From positions 575,186 to 639,185 of the forward strand of contig NIVC01000386.1 in the NCBI GenBank assembly GCA_002269645.1: 64,000 nucleotides of DNA, written 5' to 3'. The DNA comes from Macrostomum lignano (lineage: Eukaryota). Under the pieces are notes generated by a model. It saw only the letters and a program-made list of their open reading frames with translations. It made no database searches and was not told where the DNA came from. Shown here one piece after another: positions 30,244 to 41,200 of the stretch. The translations under genes and the position numbers were made by a program. Each line of letters opens with the position of its first letter. Within the stretch, counting starts at the first letter, position 1.

Positions 30244-31442
30244 CGCCCGATGTTGTTGACCTCGATGCGGGCAGCACAGGCACCAAGGCATTCGTGGACC
30301 AGCTTGACAGAGGCCTGGCGAGCAGTTCTCCCAACCCGAAGTTCGTCAAAGTGCTGAGTGAGAAAAGAAGCAAGAAATACGCCGCAATCTCGTCCTTCGC
30401 CCACTTTGTCCAGAGAATGGAGGTGGTCCTGAAACCGCTGCTGGAGTTTGCGAGACGGTATGTGCCAGAGGCATCGCGCCCACATTCCGTGCTCTTCTTG
30501 GCTGCCACTGCCGGAGTTCGAGCCCTGACTAGAGTCCAGCAGCGACTCATCTTGCATGTGGCCAACGCTGTGCTCAGTAAATCCCCGTTTTCTGTCGCCC
30601 CGTCATCGGCGAAGTTCAGCTCGCCCGCGTCCTTTCTACTCAGTGGGGCGCAGGAGGCCTACTACGCCTTCCTGGTCCCCAACATATTCAAAGACACCGA
30701 GTTTCTCCTCATCGCAAATGATCCCCGTTACGGCACTGTTGCCATGGGTGGCGGCTCCACTCAAGTGGCTGTTGCTCTTCCCACCATGCGCTTGTCGGCC
30801 GGAAGTTTGGGAAGCTTCAACAAGTCGATTGTCTTTGCGAGCAGCACAATGGGACTCGGAAAGTCCACGGCATGCTTCGGCATTCTTGGCTACAGCAGGA
30901 ACGGCAGTCTGAAGTCTGAGTACCAGTCGCCCTGCCTGAACCCGAGATTAAAGAGCGCGTTCTTCTTCAACTCGCCCAGCATTAACGTCACCGGTGATCC
31001 GGCGATCCCGGTTTCCAAGCGCTGGTACGAGTGCCAGGCCAGGGTCAGAGAGTTCCTCCGCTCGGTCGGCCCGATTCAGCGACCCGTGTCCATCGCGTCC
31101 GAGAGAGGTTACGTGGCGGGGGGAGGCATCTACTACCCTTTGAGGTCGCTTAATAAGCTCGGTCACCTCAGCAACACGATCCCAGGCCCCATGGCCTTTT
31201 CCGAGCTGACAGCGGTGGCAAAGAAATCCTGCATTGACCCCCCGGTAGAAGGCAGATTCAAGCTGTACCTCTGCCTGGACAGCGCGTACATCGCAACCCT
31301 GCTGACGGAGAGCTACTAATTCTCAGACGATCAGAAGTTATTCATAGCCGACTCAATCGACGACTGGCCAGCGGGACTGGCCATGGCGTTCGCGACCAGA
31401 CTCGATGAAGTTGGCGCCATACAAGTTGGCAATGAACTTTGA
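30244..31442 (+). pseudogene. GDA1/CD39 family NTPDase (ENTPD5/6-like apyrase) with an in-frame TAA; pseudogene, null allele or assembly error
   Basis: Apyrase conserved regions DLDAGSTGTK, LAATAGVR, GAQEAYY, AMGGGSTQ (the usual Asp is Ala) and SPCLNP. After TAA at 31317-31319 the same frame continues FSDDQKLFIADSIDDWPAGLAMAF (ACR5-like WPxG) to TGA at 31440-31442. Likely acceptor cttgcag at 30243. Confidence 0.8.
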
Positions 31443-31629
31443 GGAGTCGTGAAGCAATTCAAACCAAGAGAAAGTGAACTCGTGAAAGTCAGAGTGATGA
31501 ACTCCCCGAGTTGAAAAATAAATACGAGCGATGCATAAAGTGTGCCGATCGAGGCACTCCCGCCTGCCGTGACTTGATAGAACCATATCATCCAATGCTT
31601 GTGGCTTCAGTGCAGCTGATACAAATGTA

Positions 31630-31878
31630 GTTATGATAATAACTGATTGCATCTGAAGGCTTCTCAGTCCAAGGACTGGGGGGGGGGGTCGCCACACACA
31701 CCCTCAATTACCCCCGCTAATCCTGGCACCCATTTTACAGCTGGGGTGAACTTAAGCAATGCAGAGTTGTCTTTCTCAAGGACACAAACTTTTCCGAGTA
31801 GGTTTGGAATCGAACCCCCCCTCCCAACCTTTCAGACGCTCAACTGGGATTGGACACCAACGGCACTAATTGCCGAAT
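31630..31878 (-). mobile_element. tRNA-derived SINE with CORE-like central domain
   Basis: Minus strand: B-box GGTTCGATTCC, then TGTGTCCTTGAGAAAGACA...CACCCCAGCTGTAAAATGGGTGCC, which resembles the CORE-SINE signature; short AT-rich tail. Confidence 0.65.
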
Positions 31879-32258
31879 TGCAGAGCACCTGTTGCTAAAA
31901 TAAGCAAAATGACCTTAGGTGACTCTAAAAATCAATAGTAATCACGGTTCAATATCGTTAAAAAGGCCATTGGAGCTGTTAATGAACAGTTAAATTCTGA
32001 TTCGTGCCGGCCGGGCCCATAAAATCTTGTAATACCAATAAAATCACACAGTACTGAGCACAAAGCCTTCGGTTTACAAAAAATGTTTTTCTTTGTGACA
32101 GTAAAATTTTCCGAATAATTTTAACATTCCATTAATCAACTATAGCCATAAAGCTGAGGACAAGACATGGAATAGCCTATGTTTACCAATTTGTCTTAAT
32201 TATGTTCAAGCCATATATGCATGTTTAGTTGTTAAACATCGGTTTATGAGCCAGTCGG

Positions 32259-35200
32259 TCAGAACACCACGATGGTGACCAGCCAGGTCAGGAAGATGAT
32301 CAGCATGCCGGCCAGGTAGACTCCGAAGAGCAGCCGCAGCAGCCGGAACTTGGCCGTCTCGATGCTGTCCTTCTCCTCCGAGCTGTCGGTAGCCTGCGCC
32401 TCTGCGGAGGCGGGGAGGGAGGACGCGGGTTTTGCGAGGCGAGTTCGAGGAGCATCTTCTGGACTTCCAGTGATGCACATAAAGTTCGTGCGCGATAGAT
32501 TTGAGTCTTGAGATTTTTTAGAAGATGCTTCATTAGACCGGTCAGTTATGACAAAGGAAGGTTCTTCGGAAGTCGTTTTATATTTAAAAAGGAAGTTTTT
32601 GCAGATTGGATTGCATAAGAAGTCTAGATTAAAACTTATATAATGTCTTTTGTATAAAAGAATTCTGTACGAGAGACAGGAAGAACCGATGTGTTGCTTC
32701 AATTTACCTCGTTTGCCCACGAGCTCCCAATCTCGGCAACCCACGAGCTCCCAATCTCGGCAATCCACGAGCTCCCAATCTCGGCAACCCACGAGCTCCC
32801 AATCTCGGCAACCCACGAGCTCCCAATCTCGGCAAGCCACGAGCTCCCAATCTCGGCAACCCACGAGCTCCCAATCTCGGCAACCCACGAGCTCCCAATC
32901 TCGGCAACCCACGAGCTCCCAATCTCGGCAACCCACGAGCTCCCAATCTCGGCAACCCACGAGCTTCCAATCTCGGCAACCCACGAGCTTCCAATCTCGG
33001 CAACCCACGAGCTCCCAATCTCGGCAACCCACGAGCTCCCAATCTCGGCAACCCACGAGCTCCCAATCTCGGCAAGCCACGAGCTCCCAATCTCGGTAAC
33101 CCACGAGCTCCCAATCTCGGCAACCCACGAGTTCCCAATCTCGGCAACCCACGAGCTTCCAATCTCGGCAACCTACGAGCTCCCAATTTCGGCAACCCAC
33201 GAGCTTTCAATCTTGACAACCCGGCAACCCACAATCCCCCCCGAGTCTTCCCAACCCGGATGTGCAGCAAGAGTCTCACTGCTTCCAAAGCGAGCCAGCA
33301 CGATGGGCACTACAATCTGGAACACCAGGTGGAAGCCCAGCCAGGTGAAGGCGTACACCAGATGAGAAATCCGATAGGATTGCGGCAGCGACGACAGGAA
33401 CCCGATGGTGATGATGGTGGTGTCTGGAATTTGAACAAATTTCGAAGCGATTTGTGAGACAGTTGTATAACTAAATTGGGCCACGAATTTGCTTGAGTAC
33501 TACTACTCTTAGGAACAGTTGTTAAGTAGTGCAAACTTGGCAAAATGATTAATCTTCTGGCAACTATAAAAAAACACGGAAAAGTAAAGCCAATAGTATG
33601 ACACTGTGCTGCTGAACATAACAATACCTGCACTCCTGTTACCCACCTGCCAGCGACAGGGCGGTGTAGGCTACGATCTGGTGGGCGATTTTGAACCAAG
33701 GCCGCTTGGGCGAGTCTTTGTCCGGCCGCAGCGCGCCCATGAGGATCTGCACCACCGTCAGGCACACGATGGTCAGTCCCATAGCGCCGTGGCTCTGAGT
33801 GTTGCTGTACATCTGGGAATTAAAAAAGCACAAAGAACTCAGACATTGTTGCTTGCTTTTTGGACTGGACCCCCAGAGAAGTGAAACTCACGGAGCGCCA
33901 CTTCCAGTCGAACTCGGCAAATATGAGCAGCACGCCAATCAGGGAGGCGCAGAAGCCCGTCACCATGAAGCCTCGGTGAAGCTGCAGATTTTAAATGATT
34001 TTATTAATGAGCTGCTTTGCCACCCTCACCCCTCAGTCCCTACCCCTCATCTCCTGCCCCTCTTCCCCTACCCCTCATCTCCCTCTTCCCTGCCCCTCAT
34101 CTCCTGCCCCTCATTCCCTGCCCCTCTTCCCCTACCCCTCATCGCCTGCCCCTCTTGCCCTGCCCCTCTTCCTCTGCCCCTCTTCCCCTACCCCTCATCA
34201 CCTGCCCCTCTTTCCCTGCCCCACTTCCCCTGCCCCTCTTGCCCTGCCCCTCTTGCCCTGCCCCTCATCTCCTGCCCCTCATCCCCTACCCCTCATCTCC
34301 CTCTTCCCTGCCCCTCATCTCCTGCCCCTCATCTCCTGCCCCTCATCTCCTGCCCCTCATCTCCTGCCCCTCTTCCCCTGCCCCTCGTCTCCTACCCCTC
34401 ATCTCCTGCCCCTCTTGCCCTGCCCCTCTTTCCCTGCCTCACTTCCCCTGCCACTCATCCCCTTGCCACCCACATGGAACCAAAGCTGCACGTTGCCGTA
34501 GGTCTTCATGAAGAGGCAGCGATAGAACAGCGCCAAATTGGCACCCAGAGGCATCAGGAACTGCCAGGCCGTCAGCATGAGGCTGCCGTGAGCTCGCCGC
34601 AGGCCGCTAATGCGATGCGCCGAGTAGCCATCGCGAGACTGCAGGTTAACCTGGCTGGTGGAGATCGCCGGCATCTCCGTGTGCTGCTGGACGCTGCTGC
34701 TGTCTGAATGCAATGTCAAAGCCGGGGCGATGAATCATTTGGAGAAATGATGCAGTACAGTACAGATGGATGTGGGTTTCAGATGCGACTGTGGCTGTGG
34801 TCAGGTGCGGCTGTGGTCAGGTGCGGCTGTGGCCAGGTGTGGGATTGTGATCAGGTGTGGCTATGGTCAGGTGTGGCTGTGGTCAGGTGTGGCTGTGGTC
34901 AGGTGTGGCTGTGGTCAGGTGTGGCTGTGGTCAGGTGTGGCTGTGGTCAGGCGTGGGATTGTGGTCAGGTGTGGCTGTGTTCAGGTGTGGCTGTGGTCAG
35001 GTGTGGCTGTTGTCAGGTGTGGCTGTGGTCAGGTGTGGCTGTGTTCAGGTGTGGCTGTGGTCAGGTGTGGAATTGTGGTCAGGTGTGGCTATGGTCAGGT
35101 GTGGCTGTGGTCAGGTGCGGCTGTGGTCAGGTGTGGCTGTTGTCAGGTGTGGCTGTGGTCAGGTGCGGCTGTGGTCAGGTGTGGCTGTGGTCAGGTGTGG

Positions 35201-38200
35201 CTGTGGTCAGGTGTGGCTGTGATCAAGTGTGGCTGTGATCAGGTGTGGCTGTGGTCAGGTGTGGCTGTGTTCAGGTGTGGCTGTGGTCAGGTGTGGCTGT
35301 GTTCAGGTGTGGCTGTGGTCAGGTGTGGCTGTGGTCAGGTGTGGCTGTGGTCAGGTGTGGCTGTGTTCAGGTGTGGCTGTGGTCAGGTGTGGCTGTGGTC
35401 AGGTGTGGAATTGTGGTCAGGTGCGGCTGTGGTCAGGTGTGGCTGTGGTCAGGTGCGGCTGTGGTCAGGTGCGGCTGTGGTCAGGTGTGGCTGTGGTCAT
35501 GCAATTTACCAGGACATTAGACACTATGGCGCACCTCTGTAGGTATTTCCGTAAGCTACGAAGACATATCTCGGAGTTCGCAGATCAAAGCTGCGAAGCA
35601 CAGGAGGCTCCGAACTCTGCCTGGGATTCAGATAGGTGCTGATGTTCACTGTCCAGGGCAGCGTGAACTCGCACCGGATGCGTCCGGTGTCCAGCAGCTC
35701 GATGTACTTATTCTGCATCGGCGTCTGTTGGCGGGAGGGGGCACAAAATGCAAAAGAAAGTCTCAGGTAGAGCCGGCTGGCGGGGTGCTCACCCAGCGGT
35801 GTCTCTCGTTGAGCCGGCGGTACTTGGGGTTGTAGCCCAGCTGCATGCTGTAGCCGCCCTGACCGCCTGTGCAGGTCAGGGTCAGGTCGTCTCCCTGCGC
35901 AAGGAGTTGCGGGTTCGGGAATATAGTTCGCCTAGATTCAGATTTAGGAGGCTTCTGGACAGGTTGACTGGGCCCTAGGAAACTGGGGTCATGTTAGCCA
36001 GGGTCAATTTATTCTGGGTCATGGTAGCCTGGGTCATGGAAGCCTGGGTCATGGAAGCCTGGGTCATGGAAGCCTGGGTCATGGTAGCCTGGGTCATGGT
36101 AACCTGGGTCATGGTAACCTGGGTCATGGAAGCCAGGGTCATGGTAGCCTGGGTCATGGAAGCCTGGGTCATGGTAGCCTGGGTCATGGAAGTGAAAGCC
36201 TGGGTCAGGGTAGCCTGGGTCATGGAAGCCTGGTGTAGTGAGTGAAACGAGGCTAGACTGCTTGTTGTAGTCGATAGTTGCCGAAAGCTTGCAGGCGAGA
36301 ATAATAGCGATCAGTATATTTATTGAATTATTGAGCTGAGTCAGAATGGTGGCTAAAGTCGCACCATGCACATTTGATATTGTACGCATAAGGGTTGAGC
36401 TAGCAGAGTCACGCGGCGCAGCCGCTAACAACCCCCCAACACACACACGATAGTAGGCGCTGCCTACACTTCTCCCCCCCAAAGGAATTAAAAAAAAACT
36501 TCGAACTAAAGAAAATTAACTGTTTACGAAGTACACCGCTTCAGCTTGAGTTATGCCGCTTCGGGCAATGCGGATCAGATACTTAACTCTTATAGCACTT
36601 CGGCGTGTCGCGGGCTGCTCTTGGATGCCGTCTCTGAGCCACAGACTCTGCTTCTTGACTATCGGCCTGGCCGGCGGCCTGGCCGGCGTACTGGCCGGCG
36701 GCCTGGCCGGCGTACTGGCCGGCGGACTGGCCGGCTGACTGGCCGGCGGACTGGCCGGTGGACTGGCCGGCTGACTGGCCGGCGGAGTGGCCGGCTGACT
36801 GGCCAGTGGACTGGCCGGCTGACTGGCCGGCGGACTGGCCGGCTGACTGGCCGGCGGACTGGCCGGCGGACTGGCCAGCGGAGTGGCCGGCTGACTGGCC
36901 AGTGGACTGGCCGGCTGACTGGCCGGCGGACTGGCCGGCTGACTGGCCGGCTGACTGGCCGGCGGACTGGCCGGCGGACTGGCCGGCTGACTGGCCGGCT
37001 GACTGGCCGGCGGACTGGCCGGCGGACTGGCCGGCTGACTGGCCAGTGGACTGGCCGGCGGACTGGCCGGCGGACTGGCCGGCGGACTGGCCGGCGGACT
37101 GGCCGGCGGACTGGCCGGCGGACTGGCCGGCGGACTGGCCGGCGGACTGGCCGGCGGACTGGCCGGCTGACTGGCCGGCGGACTGGCCGGCTGACTGGCC
37201 CGACGGTTCCATCAGAGGCCGCAGCTGGGTCACGTGCCGCATACAAGACTGCTGGCCTCGCCGTAGGATGCAGGTGTCGCCTCGAACCTCCTGCACCGTC
37301 CATGGCTGAGTTTCGAATGGCAGCTGCGTTTTTTTGCGTGCCTGCTGCTTGCGAAGAACACTCGTGCCGGGAACGATGCGGTGCTCCTTTGCGGCCGTGC
37401 GCCTGTCGAACGCACTCTTCATCTGCTGCGTGTACCGCCGGTTCCAGTCCTGCACGGCTTCCTGGCTGACATCAGATGATTTCGGCTGCCTGCTGGCTGG
37501 GATTCCGTCGTTGATCGGCCTGCCCATGAGGAGCTCGGCCGGAGTCCACCCAGTTGCTCGGTGAGGCGTTGTGAGGAACGCCAGAAGCCAGTCGTCCAGG
37601 GCCTCTCTCCAGTTCCGACCTTCAGCGACAGCAGTCTTCACCACCTTCCCGATGCTGCGGTTGACACGCTCGGTGGCTCCGTTGGACTCCGGATGCAGCG
37701 GACAGATGAGACGATGATGAACTCCGTATCCGCTGAGGAAGCTGCGAAAGTCGGCAGAGTTAAAGGGCGGTCCGTTGTCCGTGATGACCTCAGCAGGGAT
37801 GCCGTGCCGACCGAACAGCCGTCTCAGATGCGGTGTCACGTTGCCGGCCGTCGTTGACTGCATGATGTCGACTTCCGGGTACTTGGAGTACAGGTCCGTG
37901 GTGACCAGCAACATCTGACCTTGCACCGGGCCGTAGAAGTCCATGCCGAGCAGTTGCAGAGGTCCGTCCGGCATCTCCGTCGGCTTCAAAGGCGTCTGGT
38001 GCACGTGCGTGGCCGCTGCTTGGCAACCGACACAGCACTTGACGAATACTTCGCAGTCGCTGCGCATCTTTGGCCACCAGACTTTGGTCTGCAGTCGCTT
38101 CAGGGTTCTGTCCGCACCGAGATGTCCCGTATGGGCCAGCTGCAGTATCGGTCTCCGCAGCGACTCGGGGACAACGATGAGATCTCCGCGGAGCAGAATT

Positions 38201-41200
38201 CCGTCGCTCTCGGAAAGTTCGCTGCTGCTGGACTTAAGTGCGCGTTGCACCGGGTCGAGCATGTTCCAGCTGCCGGTTCTGATCGCGCTGAGCGCAGCCT
38301 GGATCTCCGTGTCAGTCCTTGAAGAGTCTCGGATCTGCTGAAGGCTGAATCCCTTTGGCACGGCACCTGCTGACACAGCACTGACGAATGCCGCATCGAT
38401 GACCTCGCCGATGTTTGGCCTGGGCTCCGGTAGCGGCTGGCGGCTCAGCAGATCGGCCGGATTGGCAGGTCCTGGCCGGTACAACAAAGTGAAGCGGAGG
38501 TGCTGGATGCGGAGGGCCATCCGCTCTATGCGCGGCGGAGGACGAGACCCCGGCTTGAAGAGCGGCACAAGAGGTCGATGGTCCGTCACGACGGTGAAGT
38601 TCGGGTCGCCTGCCAGATAATGCTCGAACTTCAGGCAGGCAAACTTGATGGCCAGCGCCTCCCGTTCGATCTGAGCATAGCGCTGCTCCACTGGCGACAG
38701 AGCTCGGCTGGCGTAGGCGACGGGTCTGCTGCTGCCGTCTGGCTGCTTCTGGGTGAGGATGGCGCCGAGACCGATGGGAGATGCGTCCACCAGAAGCTCT
38801 GTCTGCCGCTTGCGGTCGAAGAACGCCAGCGTGTCGGCTCCGGCGATGGCCTTCTTGATTGTGCTGAATGCTTCAGTGTGGCTGGCAGTCCATTCCCATG
38901 GCTGGCCCTTCTTGGTCAAATGGCGCAGCGGGGCTGACACGTCGGCGAATCTTGGGATGAATTTCGCCAGAAAGTTTGCGGTGCCGAGAAACGACCGAAC
39001 ATCTGAGACATTGGCGGGCTGCCGGAAGTCTTGCATTGCGCGGATTTTCTCAGCAGCTGGTTGGATGCCCTTGGCTGACAGGTGCATCCCGAGAAATTCG
39101 ACAGCCGGTTTGGCGAACTTGCACTTGTCCTTGTTCAGCGTGATGCCGAATTCGCGGAGGCGGTGAAGGCAGGCGTCCAGTCTGTCGTGGTGCTGCTTGG
39201 CATCCGCGGCGTAGACGATGACGTCGTCGTGGACCCACCTGACACCGTCGATGCCGCTGAGGATGCCCAGCATGACCCGCTGAAGGATCTCCGAAGCGTT
39301 GGTGAAGCCCATACTCAGCCTCTTGAGTCGCATCAGTCCGAGCGGCGTGCTGAACGTGAAGAGATGGCGGCTGTCCTCGTGCACCGGAATCTGGTAGAAG
39401 GCTTTCCGGATGTCCAGCTCGCTGAACAGCTTGGCTCCGGACATCTCCTCGGTGACCTCATCCAGGGTCGGAATCTGCTGCTTTTCGGGGACCACAAAGG
39501 CGTTCAGGTCGCGAAGGTCTTGGCAGATCCTAACGCCGCCATCGGTCTTGGGCACCACGACCATGCGTGCCACCCAGGCGCTGGGACCCTTGACTGACTC
39601 GATGATGTCCTGCCGCTCCAGTGCCTTCAGCTCATCCACCACGGCTGCTCTCAGGTGCGCCGCCACCCGGGATGGCGCGTGGCAGACTGGCACGGCGTTG
39701 TCTGATAGCTGCACTCTGACCTGTACACCTTTGATGCATCCGATGCCTTCGAAGACTGCTTTGTGCCGGTGTAGAATGTCCTGAAGCTGTGGCGACGGAC
39801 GCGCTGAGTCGCTGTTCGAATTCACAACTTCCGTCGCATTGAACTCCGGGCGCTGAATTTTGAGAACTCCGAGCCTGAATGCGGGATCGCGACCGAGTAT
39901 TGTGAGACCATCGCCATCCATGATGTGGAAGGGCACGACAGTGCTGACTGCTCCGACGCGAACTTCCAGGTCGGCGATTCCGAAGATCTTGAGTGGTGCA
40001 GAGCAGCCATAGGCTCTGACTTCCGATTCTGGAGTTCGCAGGTGAGGCCGATTGAGCGTCTTGAAAGTGCGGCTGCTCATAATGCTGCAGCTGGCACCGC
40101 TGTCGATCATCATCGAGAGCTGCCGACTTCCCACTTGGACTTTCAGCGAGACCTCAGCCGGGTAGGTGCCGTTTCTATGCAGGGTGAACACGTCTTCGCT
40201 GGCGATGGCGTCAGGGACCGTGCAGTCTGCGTTGGCGTTGATCTGCTGCCGGGCTCTGCTGCCGGCTGAGCGCGGTTGACGGCACGCCTTGGCCAGGTGA
40301 TTTGGCTTACCGCAGTTATTGCAGAACCTGCCCCTGGCTGCGTCGCAGGTGGCGTGGCCACGCTCGCCGCATCGGTAGCAGGTGTTCATCTGGCTCGGCT
40401 TTGATCTCGGTTCGCTGGCGGGTCCGCGTCTGTCTATCGCTGTTTTGCTGCTCCTGGCCAGGCTAGCTACCTGGGCGTCGGTGGTCTTCTCCATCTCAGC
40501 AGCCTGCTCTTCCGCAGCCTCGAATGCTCTGGCCTTCCGCAGGGCATCCTCCAGCGTGATGTCTGCTTCTTGGAGCAGCCGTCTGCGCAGTTTGTCGGAG
40601 GTGCATGTCGCGACGAGCTGGTCCCGGATGAGCGAGTCCCTCAGGTTTTCGAATTCGCACGGTTCGGCTGCCGCCCGCAGTCTGCTGTGCCAGGCCTCGA
40701 TTTTCTCACCGGCTTGTTGGATGCACAGGCGAAATTGGTATCTCGCAAAAACGATGTTTTTCCTGTCGTCGAAATGGCGCTTCAGTCCGTCGAAGATGCT
40801 GGCCAATGTGTGCTCCTTCTCTTCGCCTTCAACCTGAGGCTTTGGTAGCTCGCGAACGATATCAGAGACCTCCTTTCCAGCAGTGTAGCAGAGCAGCTTG
40901 CACTTCTGGTTATCATTTGCAACTCCGGACGCCTCGATAAAGTCTGTGAAGCGCGCTGCCCATTCGCGCCAACGCTTGCCAGCGTTGTGAGGGTCGTCAG
41001 AGATGACAAATGGTTCGGGGGGGGTAGCGCGATGTAATTGGTGGCCATGCCCCGCGCTGGATGCGGTTGCTTGCGATGCCACTGTAGTGAGTGAAACGAG
41101 GCTAGACTGCTTGTTGTAGTCGATAGTTGCCGAAAGCTTGCAGGCGAGAATAATAGCGATCAGTATATTTATTGAATTATTGAGCTGAGTCAGAATGGTG

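Noticed and set aside
31317-31319. Alternative genetic code or selenocysteine explanation for the NTPDase stop
   Set aside because: The stop is TAA rather than TGA, and other genes in the window read without internal stops under the standard code.
36546-37469. Plus-strand WPAD and RRTG repeat proteins
   Set aside because: Antisense shadows of the 12-bp GQSA repeat.
37334-40848. Numerous plus-strand ORFs over the retrotransposon, and similar ones over ING, the 4-TM gene, the RTE element and the GPCR
   Set aside because: Shadow ORFs expected opposite GC-rich coding sequence; no motifs.
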